64,000 nucleotides of DNA from an uncultured Phycisphaeraceae bacterium (GTDB lineage: Bacteria; Planctomycetota; Phycisphaerae; UBA1845). The DNA lies in NCBI GenBank assembly GCA_964574815.1, contig CAZNPL010000003.1, positions 37,747 through 101,746 on the forward strand, written 5' to 3'. A model generated the notes under the pieces. That model did not search any database. It saw nothing but the letters and a program-made list of their open reading frames with translations, and had not been told where the DNA came from. The position numbers were made by a program, and so were the translations under genes. Positions 39,147 to 47,986 of the stretch are shown one piece after another (position 1 is the first letter of the stretch; each line of letters begins with the position of its first letter).

Positions 39147-41285
39147 ATGCCAAAGAAGCAGCCCAAGAAGAAGAAGGTAGAGCAACCCAAAACCACGGCG
39201 CAGCAATTGTCTAGCCTGATCAAATCAGCCCGCGACATCATGAGAAAGGACAAAGGGCTCAATGGCGACCTGGATCGCCTCCCCTTGCTGACCTGGATCA
39301 TGTTCCTGAAGTTCCTCGACGACCGCGAGAAGCTCGAGGAAGCCCGCGCGGCCATTGCGGGCAAGAAGTATAAGTCGGCGATCGCGCCGCCATATCGCTG
39401 GCGCGACTGGGCCGCGAACAAAGAGGGTATCACCGGTGACGAACTGGTCGCGTTTGTAAATCAGGACGAGGCGATTCGGCCTGACGGCAAGCGCGGCACA
39501 GGACTTCTCGCCTACCTACGCAATCTCCGATCGACGAACGGCGACCGGCGGCGGGATGTCATCGCCAACGTGTTCGAAGGAGTAATCAACCGGATGATCT
39601 CCGGCTACCTCATGCGGGATGTGATCAACCTCGTCGACGGCATCCACTTCGACTCGTCGGAGGAGATTCACACGCTCGCGCGGCTATACGAGTCCATGCT
39701 CCGCGACATGCGCGACGCCGCCGGCGATTCGGGCGAATTCTACACGCCGCGGCCGGTGATTCAGTTCATGGTTGCCGTCACCGACCCGGAGCTCGGCGAG
39801 GTTGTGCTCGACCCAGCCTGCGGGACGGGCGGCTTCCTGGCTGAGGCGTTCGCGTATCTCGAAAAGCAGTGCAAGACGGTGCAGCAGCGCAAAGTGCTTC
39901 AGGAGCGCAGCATCCGCGGCGGCGAGGCGAAGCCGCTTCCCTACATGCTCTCCCAGATGAACCTGCTCCTGCACGGGCTCGATGCGCCGGCCATCGAATA
40001 CGGCAACAGCCTCGCTGTCAAAATCACGGAAATCGGCGACAAGGACCGCGTGGACATCATCCTGACCAATCCGCCGTTCGGTGGTGAGGAGGAGGCGGGC
40101 ATCCGCGGCAACTTCCCGGCGGACAAGCAAACCTCAGAGACGGCGCTTCTGTTCCTCCAACTCATCATGCGGAAGCTGCGCAAGCACGGCGCTGGTAGCG
40201 AACGGGCTGGCCGTGCAGCCGTTGTCGTCCCCAACGGAACGCTGTCGGCACCCGGCGTCGCTGCCAACATCCGGCGCTCGTTGCTCGCTGAGTTCAATGT
40301 GTCTGCGATCGTTCGCCTGCCCCACAACGTATTCGCGCCCTATACCGACATCAAGACGAACCTCGTGTTTTTCGATCGATCCGGGCCGACTAAGAGCATC
40401 CTCTATTGCGACCTCCTGCTCCCGAATGGTGTTACGCTGAGCAAGACACGGCCGCTTCCATACGAGTGGCTCGAGCCGCTACTTGACATGATCTCGCAAC
40501 GAACAGAGAGCGAGAATTCGTGGATTGTCGCCGCCGACGAGCTCGATGAGGAACTGAATCTGGATCTGAAGAATCCTTACCTGAGCTTGGCCGAGATTAA
40601 TTCCACCGACCAGAACCTCAAGGCGCTGCAGAAGCGGCTGGCAGAGCTTGCTGGCGAAGCCAGTCACATCACATCGACATTCAAGCGTACCCTCGGTGAA
40701 TTGCGGGACAGCCCGATCCGATTGTTGGGCGAACTGACCGAGGAGTGCGACGACCGAATTGGTTCGGAGTATTCACAATCCGTACGGTTACTCGGAGTAT
40801 CGAACACCGACGGTTTTTGCGCCCCGAAGGGGCGAATCGGGGCCGATCCAACGCGCTATAAGCTGGTGAAACGTGGGTACCTGGCTTACAACCCGATGCG
40901 CATCAACATAGGTTCCGTCGGTGTTGCACTCACCAAAGGGCAAACGGGGATCACAAGTCCAGATTATGTCGTATTTCGCTGTAAGGCAGGATTGTTGCCA
41001 GAGTACGTATTTCACTACTTGCGCAGCGAAGCCGGACGACATGAGATCAACAAGAAGACAAAGGGGAGCGTGCGCTTCCGATTGTACTACGATCAGCTGT
41101 CGAAGATTCCGATTCCCGTCCCGGTTGATCCAAATCTGCAGAGCCGCTTCGCAGACTTGTGTCGGCGACTCGAGACGGTGCGCGCGGGTGCGACCGGCGC
41201 CGAGGAGCATGCGGGGCGAGCGCTCGACGCACTCCGGCGGGAAGCGTTCATCAATAACGGTCGACCAATGGCTGAGCGCTCATGA
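39147..41285 (+). CDS. hsdM: Type I R-M methyltransferase fused to a single-TRD (half) specificity subunit
   Basis: The HsdM_N-like region is LSSLIKSARDIMRKDKGLNGDLDRLPLLTWIMFLKFLDD. Motif I is VLDPACGTGGFL and motif IV is ILTNPPFGG. The last ~230 aa (from ~40690) look like one HsdS target-recognition domain plus a conserved helix (YKLVKRGYLAYNPMRINIGSVGV...SPDYVVFRC...IPIPVP). No separate hsdS gene is present. Confidence 0.85.
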   Translation: MPKKQPKKKKVEQPKTTAQQLSSLIKSARDIMRKDKGLNGDLDRLPLLTWIMFLKFLDDREKLEEARAAIAGKKYKSAIAPPYRWRDWAANKEGITGDELVAFVNQDEAIRPDGKRGTGLLAYLRNLRSTNGDRRRDVIANVFEGVINRMISGYLMRDVINLVDGIHFDSSEEIHTLARLYESMLRDMRDAAGDSGEFYTPRPVIQFMVAVTDPELGEVVLDPACGTGGFLAEAFAYLEKQCKTVQQRKVLQERSIRGGEAKPLPYMLSQMNLLLHGLDAPAIEYGNSLAVKITEIGDKDRVDIILTNPPFGGEEEAGIRGNFPADKQTSETALLFLQLIMRKLRKHGAGSERAGRAAVVVPNGTLSAPGVAANIRRSLLAEFNVSAIVRLPHNVFAPYTDIKTNLVFFDRSGPTKSILYCDLLLPNGVTLSKTRPLPYEWLEPLLDMISQRTESENSWIVAADELDEELNLDLKNPYLSLAEINSTDQNLKALQKRLAELAGEASHITSTFKRTLGELRDSPIRLLGELTEECDDRIGSEYSQSVRLLGVSNTDGFCAPKGRIGADPTRYKLVKRGYLAYNPMRINIGSVGVALTKGQTGITSPDYVVFRCKAGLLPEYVFHYLRSEAGRHEINKKTKGSVRFRLYYDQLSKIPIPVPVDPNLQSRFADLCRRLETVRAGATGAEEHAGRALDALRREAFINNGRPMAERS

Positions 41286-41644
41286 AACAGAAACCTCGCA
41301 AGGCGTTTGGCCAGGTGCTGCGTGAGAAGCGCATGGAGAAAGGACTCAGTTTGCGCAAGTTCGCCGGACTCGTTGGTGTCAGCCCGACGTATCTCTCGCA
41401 GGTCGAACAGATGAATGTGGACCCGCCCACCGCCGACCGCGTGAAACGCATGGCGGAGCTGCTCGGCGAAAACGTGGACGAGTGGACATCCCTGGCCGGA
41501 AGAATAACTGAAGACCTCCCGGGGATCATCCACGAGGAACCGACGGAGGTCCCCGATCTGCTTCGCGCTGTGCGCGGTTTGACGGCTGATCAATTGCGGA
41601 AGCTGCGGGGAGACGCCGAACGCATGAAGAAGGATGGGAAGTAG
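41282..41644 (+). CDS. XRE-family HTH transcriptional regulator
   Basis: FGQVLREKRMEKGLSLRKFAGLVGVSPTYLSQVEQ is the canonical XRE HTH. The start overlaps the hsdM stop (ATGA). Confidence 0.85.
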   Translation: MKQKPRKAFGQVLREKRMEKGLSLRKFAGLVGVSPTYLSQVEQMNVDPPTADRVKRMAELLGENVDEWTSLAGRITEDLPGIIHEEPTEVPDLLRAVRGLTADQLRKLRGDAERMKKDGK

Positions 41645-42407
41645 ACCGATGGCTAGGCGATCCACGAAACCCAAGCCGGACGTATCGTTCCTGACCCCGG
41701 ACGATTTCGAGAACGAGGCCGCACTCATCCTCGCCGAATACGGAAACGCCCACGGCCAGGTGACGGCGCCGCCGGTTCCGATCGACGACATTGTCGAAAA
41801 GCACTTCAAGCTGGTGGTCGAGTACCTGGACTTGCGCGCGAAGTACCCGGAGGGCGATGTGCTGGCCGCGATCTTCTTCAACGACAAACGGATTGAGGTG
41901 GACGCGAGCCTGGTTCCCGAAGAATTCCCGGCGATGCGCGGCCGCTATCGTTTTACTTTGGCCCACGAATTGTCGCACTGGCGTTTGCATCGCCAACTGT
42001 ATCTGCGGCAGGCACACCAACTCGCGCTTCTGCCCGCGGGCAGCGCCCAGCCTGACCATGTGCTGCGCTCGCGACTGACCGATCCAAAGGAGTACCAAGC
42101 AAACCGTCTGGCAGGCTGCATTTTGATGCCGCGCGAGATGGTGAAAAGGCTTTGGCATGCGGCGCGCGGTAGCATGGACCCGATCTACCTTGACGATCTG
42201 CGATCGAGACAGCAGGAGATCCTGACGGCGGAAGTCCTACGCCGCGGCGGAATCAAGTCCGGCGATGACGCGATCGACAACATGCTGCTGGAGCATGTGG
42301 CACGGCCGCTGGCGCAGAGATTCGAAGTTTCACCGGATGCAATGCGCATTCGACTTGAAGGAATGAATCTCCTTCTTCGCAAGAGGGAGCCGACGTTGTT
42401 CGCGTGA
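41634..42407 (+). CDS. ImmA/IrrE-family (COG2856) zinc metallopeptidase
   Basis: The HExxH site is FTLAHELSHWRLH and the downstream signature is QANRLAGCILMPREMV. Start is 41634 (overlapping XRE) or ATG 41649 (4 nt after the XRE stop). Confidence 0.85.
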   Translation: MGSRPMARRSTKPKPDVSFLTPDDFENEAALILAEYGNAHGQVTAPPVPIDDIVEKHFKLVVEYLDLRAKYPEGDVLAAIFFNDKRIEVDASLVPEEFPAMRGRYRFTLAHELSHWRLHRQLYLRQAHQLALLPAGSAQPDHVLRSRLTDPKEYQANRLAGCILMPREMVKRLWHAARGSMDPIYLDDLRSRQQEILTAEVLRRGGIKSGDDAIDNMLLEHVARPLAQRFEVSPDAMRIRLEGMNLLLRKREPTLFA

Positions 42408-42475
42408 ACATCGTTCTTTTTTTGTCCAAGGCGTTTACCGTTCAGGGAACGCGCACACCAAGAGGAGGCCCAAGA

Positions 42476-43666
42476 ATGGCCAACGCATTCGACTTGCGGA
42501 AGGTACTCAAGCAGATTTCCAATGTCCACATGCAACAGCTCTTTGCCAAACGTGGCGAGCTTCGTGATGTTCCCTGGGAGGGACTCAAGGAGCACAAGGT
42601 CGCCCCGATTGTCGAGGCGATCCAGGCGCTCCCAGCCGCCAAGCGTCGTCAGGTGCAGGTGTTGTTCAAGAACTTCCAGCAGCTGGCTGAGAACGCCGGC
42701 CTTAAGGTGATTCTGGAGGAACTCCAGGCGCGGTATCCCAAGAAGGTCCAGCACTGGGACGCGCTGAGGCGGCGCTTGGACAAGGTCGTGTGGACCTACC
42801 TGAATGCAACGGATGCATTCGAGGAGGCCGTTGTTTTCGCCCGCGCCGACTCGCTGTCCAACACGCGCTACTGGCAGCGCTGGCCCACCGCTCCGAGCGA
42901 GGATTTTGTTGTAACCGACGAACGGATCGCAGCACTGAAGGCGGCGCTCTGCAAGCACTACCAGGACAAGGAGCTTCGCGGCGAATACTGCGAAATCCAC
43001 CACTACACGCGCCGGAGCGGCGCCGAGTATCTCTTTGCGTACCTTCCGGATTGGCCCGACAACTTCATGGTCTTCAACGATGACGGAGAACTACAATCGC
43101 TCGACGTCCCGACGGCGTTCACCAATCTGTTCGTGTACACGCCAGCGACCGGAGCACTTGAGATGATTGCGGCGGGCGGCAAGCCCGCCCAACGTGAGCT
43201 GCGTCGGCTCTTCTGCCAGGGGATGCTCGGATGGGACGAAGTCGACGATGTCGATCCCGATCGCCCGGCGTACCTTCTCGATCATCTGCTGTCGCCCGAG
43301 TTCAGGTTTACCTGGGATGCGGTTGATCGGATCGAGAATGTGCACGTATCACGCCTGTTGGTCCTGCCGACCGTCGAGCATCATGATCTTGACGGGCTGG
43401 GACTGCGCTTGCGGCCCGGTCTCCAGTGGACGAAGGCCCTCCAGAACCTCGACGCCGTCCTGGCCAGCCGCGATCTGAGCCGGGCACAGGTTGGCGTTGA
43501 GGAAGTGCGCATTCGCGTGCGGCTCCTCGGGGACGGCGAACGACGCGGGCGGCCGCTGACCATCAACGTGACACCCAGGGCGTGCGACCTGAAAAGCCAG
43601 GACGATGATGAACTGCGCGTCCTGGGTGAGAAATGTCTTCGCGCATGGGGTATCGATCATGGTTGA
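42476..43666 (+). CDS. Hypothetical protein (396 aa), no recognisable family
   Basis: AGGAGG lies 8 nt upstream of ATG 42476. GC3-rich coding texture runs throughout. The stop is overlapped by the next start. I could identify no catalytic or domain motif. Confidence 0.6.
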   Translation: MANAFDLRKVLKQISNVHMQQLFAKRGELRDVPWEGLKEHKVAPIVEAIQALPAAKRRQVQVLFKNFQQLAENAGLKVILEELQARYPKKVQHWDALRRRLDKVVWTYLNATDAFEEAVVFARADSLSNTRYWQRWPTAPSEDFVVTDERIAALKAALCKHYQDKELRGEYCEIHHYTRRSGAEYLFAYLPDWPDNFMVFNDDGELQSLDVPTAFTNLFVYTPATGALEMIAAGGKPAQRELRRLFCQGMLGWDEVDDVDPDRPAYLLDHLLSPEFRFTWDAVDRIENVHVSRLLVLPTVEHHDLDGLGLRLRPGLQWTKALQNLDAVLASRDLSRAQVGVEEVRIRVRLLGDGERRGRPLTINVTPRACDLKSQDDDELRVLGEKCLRAWGIDHG

Positions 43667-44858
43667 ACCGCTGACCTACATCTGGCCCACGCTGGAGGCC
43701 GTTACGCCGGTTGTTACCGCGAGTGCGATGAGCCGGTGGCCAAAGGACGCGCGAGAACGATTGCTCTCCACAGGCTTGTTGAAGCCCTCGGGCACTTCAC
43801 AGTTCGTTCGGTGCCCAGCCTGCGACCGAGGACACACAGAGGAAGTCGTCGCGCGCGAGCTCCCCAACGGCGAGGTCCGGTTTTACGTTCCATGTCCTGA
43901 GGTGTTGCGAGCGGAGGTACGTCCGGAAGAACTGCAGCAGTTCACGGTCGACGTTTCGTTGCTGGCTCGCAGCATCGCCACATCGCTAACGCTGTCCGGC
44001 GCGTGCAGGGCGCTTGCTTCTGATCGATTGTGGCACTGTGGCCGACTCGATTGGCACGGCGGTCTGCGGGATGTCCTATTCGGGCGCGGACTGGCCCGCA
44101 AAGATGCCGGCGACCTGAAGGCGGCCTCTGTGCTCCCCACGATGTTGCATCCGCTCGTGCTTGTTCCCATTGAGACACCGCCCGCTGGCTTCTGGAACGC
44201 ACCGGCGCCGACCACTCTTCAGTTGTCCAGGATCGCGGTACTGCGTGGCGACGAGGTCGTACTCGATGGAGTTGTTCTGACGGCACTGGTTTGCCAAGCC
44301 GAAGAAGATACCGCTGCCGCCTTCGAGTTCCGCCGGCGAGGCGAGTACTGGCGGCTGACCTTCGACGGCCAAACAGTCTACCTGAAGGACTCGGTGGGGC
44401 TGGTCTACATTGCCCGCCTGCTCGGTGAACCCCACCGCGACATTCCCGCCGTGTCGCTTCTCGCGGCCCGCGCCGGGATCGATCCGCGCGTCGTATCAGG
44501 TTCGGCGGGCGAACTCCTCGACGAGGCCGGGCGGAAGAAATACGGGAAGCGCTACCGCGACCTGACGGAGGAACTTGACGAAGCGACAGCGAACAACGAC
44601 CTCGGGCGCATGGAGAAGTTGAAAGCGGAACTGGACCACCTCGGCACTGAGCTTGCCCGCGCGATCGGTCTCGGCGGTCGAATGCGCGAAAAAACCGATG
44701 CCGAGAAGGTTCGGAAGTCAGTGTCGATGGCGGTGTCGCGCGACATCGACCGGATCAAGGAGCAGCACGCCACGCTCGGTCGCCATTTGTCTGCCTTCAT
44801 CAACTCAGGCTACACGTTCCGATACTCGCCCGAGCAGCCCATCGATTGGCTGACCTGA
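43659..44858 (+). CDS. Hypothetical protein (399 aa) with N-terminal zinc-ribbon-like CPAC...PCPE and C-terminal coiled coil
   Basis: The ATG at 43659 overlaps the upstream stop (ATGGTTGA). Notable segments are CPACDRGHTEEV...RFYVPCPE, the central WRLTFDGQTVYLKDSVGLVYIARLLGEPHRDIPAVSLL, and a Lys/Glu-rich helical tail. Confidence 0.6.
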   Translation: MVEPLTYIWPTLEAVTPVVTASAMSRWPKDARERLLSTGLLKPSGTSQFVRCPACDRGHTEEVVARELPNGEVRFYVPCPEVLRAEVRPEELQQFTVDVSLLARSIATSLTLSGACRALASDRLWHCGRLDWHGGLRDVLFGRGLARKDAGDLKAASVLPTMLHPLVLVPIETPPAGFWNAPAPTTLQLSRIAVLRGDEVVLDGVVLTALVCQAEEDTAAAFEFRRRGEYWRLTFDGQTVYLKDSVGLVYIARLLGEPHRDIPAVSLLAARAGIDPRVVSGSAGELLDEAGRKKYGKRYRDLTEELDEATANNDLGRMEKLKAELDHLGTELARAIGLGGRMREKTDAEKVRKSVSMAVSRDIDRIKEQHATLGRHLSAFINSGYTFRYSPEQPIDWLT

Positions 44859-44878
44859 TCCCCACGTTCACTCTTTCT

Positions 44879-44901
44879 GATGCCACACGCTTTGTGGCAT
44901 C
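44879..44901 (+). terminator. Perfect 9-bp stem hairpin after the six-gene block
   Basis: GATGCCACA-cgctt-TGTGGCATC lies 21 nt after the stop at 44858. There is no T-tract, so it may equally be a protein-binding palindrome. Confidence 0.4.
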
Positions 44902-45045
44902 GCCACGCGCGATGTGACGCCGGCCTCTCGACCGAGAGGCACATAACCCGGCGATCACCAGTCGCGCCTGTACCGGCGAACTGCGGCACGTGCCGCAGTA
45001 CAGAGATTCCGCGCGCATCGGTCTTTGATCGCATCGGGGTAGACG

Positions 45046-45062
45046 CCTCCGGCCGCCGGAGG
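45046..45062 (+). promoter_or_regulatory. Hairpin sequestering the Shine-Dalgarno of the phage sigma-factor gene
   Basis: CCTCCGG-ccg-CCGGAGG forms a 7-bp stem. The 3' arm contains the GGAGG (45058-45062) located 5 nt upstream of ATG 45068. Confidence 0.4.
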
Positions 45063-45067
45063 TCCCG

Positions 45068-45691
45068 ATGGGTCGCGCACCCGCCCCCGATGCGGTCCTC
45101 ACCGCATACGCCGAGTCCGTCATCAAGAACAAGGCCCGCCAGCTCGCACGGAGAAGCGATTTCAGTCGTTCCGATGAGAAGGACCTCGCCCAGGACATGC
45201 GGCTGCACCTTCTGCGGCGCCGTCATCGCTTCGATCCGGCCCGTTCTTCGTACAGCACGTTCGTGGCGAGAGTCATCGACGCCTGGATCGCAACGATGCT
45301 GCGCGATCGCCGGCGCCGGAAACGTGGCGCCGGGCTCGTCGCACAGTCGCTTGAAGCCACAAGCGCCACCCAGGGCCAGGCGCCCGCGTCGCTGCGCGAC
45401 GTGCTCCACCCGGAACAGGTTGTGGGCCGGACTGCCATCGGCCCTGACGATGAGGCGGCCCGCAGAGAACTGATCGCCGCAGTAGGCCGGATCATCGGAT
45501 CGTTGCCCCCGCCGCTGCCCAACATCTGCGCCCGCCTTCCCGACCAGAGCCACGCAGCCATCAGGGACGAACTGGGTCTTTCCCGGCGTCAGTTCGACAG
45601 CGCGATGGCGCTCCTCCGGGAGACATTTGAAGACGCCGGGCTGGCGGGTTTCCGATGCGGCGGACACGTCGCGAGGAAACGGCGTACATAA
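45068..45691 (+). CDS. Phage-encoded sigma-70 family (ECF-like) sigma factor
   Basis: The region-2-like segment is DLAQDMRLHLLRRRHRFDPARSSYSTFVARVIDAWIATMLRDRRRR. The region-4-like HTH is LPNICARLPDQSHAAIRDELGLSRRQFDSAMALLRETF. Confidence 0.6.
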   Translation: MGRAPAPDAVLTAYAESVIKNKARQLARRSDFSRSDEKDLAQDMRLHLLRRRHRFDPARSSYSTFVARVIDAWIATMLRDRRRRKRGAGLVAQSLEATSATQGQAPASLRDVLHPEQVVGRTAIGPDDEAARRELIAAVGRIIGSLPPPLPNICARLPDQSHAAIRDELGLSRRQFDSAMALLRETFEDAGLAGFRCGGHVARKRRT

Positions 45692-45732
45692 CGGCCATAG
45701 GCCGCATTGTACGGCCAGGCGGAGTACCGGAC

Positions 45733-46038
45733 ATGACCATCGACGTCTATCGCTTTGAGTTTGAACGGTCGGTCCCCCTCACCGAGGCGGAGATGTCCTT
45801 GCATCTTTCGCTGTTCGCCGTGGAGGGTCTCTACGGTCAGGCTCGGGTCCGTCTCGACGCCGGTTACCACATCGACGAGAGGCGACGTGCGATCGTCGTT
45901 GATGGGACCACCGAGGTGGGCGCTGCCGTCGTGCGGGTCTTCACCAGCCTGCTGCTTCACGAGTTCGGCAGTGACGGTTTTAGCGTGCGGCGGGTCGCGC
46001 AGGCCCCAAGCGCCACAGTGGAGGGGAGGGCAGCGTGA
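45733..46038 (+). CDS. Small hypothetical phage protein (101 aa)
   Basis: An ATG at 45733 lies 39 nt after a GGCGTACATAACGG box. The stop overlaps the next GTG start. No family was recognised. Confidence 0.45.
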   Translation: MTIDVYRFEFERSVPLTEAEMSLHLSLFAVEGLYGQARVRLDAGYHIDERRRAIVVDGTTEVGAAVVRVFTSLLLHEFGSDGFSVRRVAQAPSATVEGRAA

Positions 46039-47186
46039 GCGAGGCACCGGCGAATCATCCGGAACTCTCTCCCTTCGATGAACCCGTCCCGCTCGTTCGA
46101 CTGGGCCAGGGCGCGTGCACGCACGACATTCATCCATCCGATCTCGGCGACGGCGAGTCGCGCAGCGCCAAGAGCGTGCTCACGTTCTCGGCGCTCAACA
46201 CGTTCCGCAATTGCCCGCGGAAGTACAAGCACCGTTACGTCGACCACCTCCAGCCGCGCGAGAAGCCGGAGAACCTCTCGTTCGGCAGCGTCATCCACGG
46301 CGCGCTGGAGGCGTGGTATCGCCTCGCGGGTGCCGAGAACCGCCTGTGGAACGTGCTCGACTTCATCGACGCGCAGTTCCCGCAGCGGGGCTCCGACCCG
46401 GTGCAGAAGGATCGGTGGCACCGGGCGCGGGCGATGCTGGTGGGTTACGCGGCACGTTATCCCACCGAGGACTTTGAGATCATCGAGATCGAGAAGGTCT
46501 TTCACGGCGAGATACGTAACCCGGACACCAGCCGTCCAAGCAAGACGTTTGTCATGGCCGGCAAGGCCGACGGCATCGTGCGGCTCGACGGCGAATTCTA
46601 TCTGCTCGAGCACAAGACCGCCGGTTCGATCGACGCGAACTACCTGGACAAGCTCTGGACCGACACGCAGATCGCCCTCTACAGCTACTACCTCCGCCAA
46701 GTCGGGTACCCGATCGTCGGTGTCATCTACAACGTGCTGCTCAAGACCCGTATCAAACAGCGCGAGGGCGAGACGCAGGAAGAGTACGAAGCCCGTCGCG
46801 CCGAACTGGCCGCGAAGAACAAGAGCGGCCGATCGACGGCCAAGCGCCAGCTCCCGGAAACCGACGACGAGTTTCAGGCGCGACTCGCCGAATGGTACGC
46901 CAAACCCGAGGCCTTCCACCGTGAGCGCATCTATCTCTCCGAAGACCGCTTGGCCATGTTGCAGGAGGAGGTCTGGGAGATCACACAGCAGTACCTCGAC
47001 GCGCGGCGTCGCGGGAAGTGGTTGCTGAACACGTCGAACTGCTTCGCCTACGAACGGCCGTGCGAATACCTGCCGTTCTGCCAGTCGAACTTCAACCCGA
47101 ACGTGCGGGACAACCTGTTCGCAATCGTCCCGCCCCACGAGGAGCTCGCGGTCGGCACTGCGGGCGAAACCGAAACCGCGTTTTGA
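46035..47186 (+). CDS. PD-(D/E)XK exonuclease, Cas4/RecB-like with C-terminal Cys cluster
   Basis: The N-terminal segment is LTFSALNTFRNCPRKYKHRYV. The nuclease core is GKADGIVRLDGEFYLLEHKT (D...ExK). A C-terminal CFAYERPCEYLPFC pairs with the N-terminal Cys, giving a Cas4-like Fe-S arrangement. Confidence 0.75.
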   Translation: MSEAPANHPELSPFDEPVPLVRLGQGACTHDIHPSDLGDGESRSAKSVLTFSALNTFRNCPRKYKHRYVDHLQPREKPENLSFGSVIHGALEAWYRLAGAENRLWNVLDFIDAQFPQRGSDPVQKDRWHRARAMLVGYAARYPTEDFEIIEIEKVFHGEIRNPDTSRPSKTFVMAGKADGIVRLDGEFYLLEHKTAGSIDANYLDKLWTDTQIALYSYYLRQVGYPIVGVIYNVLLKTRIKQREGETQEEYEARRAELAAKNKSGRSTAKRQLPETDDEFQARLAEWYAKPEAFHRERIYLSEDRLAMLQEEVWEITQQYLDARRRGKWLLNTSNCFAYERPCEYLPFCQSNFNPNVRDNLFAIVPPHEELAVGTAGETETAF

Positions 47187-47197
47187 AGGAGCACCCG

Positions 47198-47986
47198 ATG
47201 TCCGTTGCATTGCCCAGTGAGCGTAGCAAGCCCACCGCCGACCTGTCGCAGCAGACGGTCTTGGTCTACGGCCCACCGAAGATCGGGAAGTCGACCTTCG
47301 CCAGCCGTTTTCCCGAAGCGCTGTTCTTCGAGTGCGAGCCGGGGCTGAACCAGCTCGAGGTCTTCAAGGTCCCGACCTACACCTGGGAGGACTTCCTGGC
47401 CGCGTGCAAGCTCGTCGCCGGCGGCAACCACCGATTCAAGACCATCGTCATCGACACGGTCGACAACGCATTCAAGTACTGCTCCGACCACGTCTGCGGC
47501 AAACACGGCATCGAGTACGAAGGCGACATGTCGCACGGCAAAGGCTGGGCCCTCGTGAAGAACGAGTGGCACCGCGTCCTCACGCGCCTCGCCGCGCTGC
47601 CCTGTGGCCTGATCCTCATCTCGCACGCCCAAGACAAGACCGTCCAGACCAGGACCGGCGAGCACACCAAGACGCAGCCCAGTCTGCCGGACCGGGCCCG
47701 CGGCGTCGTGCTCGGGCTGGTCGACATGATCCTGTACTGCGACACGCTGGCCCGCAAGGACGCCGCTGGCGACCTGGTAGTCGAGCGCATCATCCGCACC
47801 AAGCCGCACCCCACGTACGAGGCCGGCGATCGCACGGGCCGTCTGCCCGAGCAGTTGCCGCTCGACTTCGATGTGTTCTTCGCAGCGTTTTCATCCTCAG
47901 CGCCCGGAGGTGGCCCCGGAGCCGGGTCGGCGAGCGGTAGCAACGGACATCCGGGGAGCACCCAGAACGGAAAGGTGAAGTCATGA
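47198..47986 (+). CDS. Sak4-like (AAA_24 family) recombination ATPase
   Basis: The Walker A is VLVYGPPKIGKST. Other matching segments are TIVIDTVDNAF and LILISHAQDK. Size and position next to a DUF669-like gene are typical. Confidence 0.7.
   Translation: MSVALPSERSKPTADLSQQTVLVYGPPKIGKSTFASRFPEALFFECEPGLNQLEVFKVPTYTWEDFLAACKLVAGGNHRFKTIVIDTVDNAFKYCSDHVCGKHGIEYEGDMSHGKGWALVKNEWHRVLTRLAALPCGLILISHAQDKTVQTRTGEHTKTQPSLPDRARGVVLGLVDMILYCDTLARKDAAGDLVVERIIRTKPHPTYEAGDRTGRLPEQLPLDFDVFFAAFSSSAPGGGPGAGSASGSNGHPGSTQNGKVKS

Noticed and set aside
45957-47276. A 439-aa minus-strand ORF, plus the similar 51008-52189 and 50155-51261 ORFs.
   Set aside because: They are antisense to the Cas4-like exonuclease, primase and RecD-like genes respectively. 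No motifs are present and they are GC-driven open frames.
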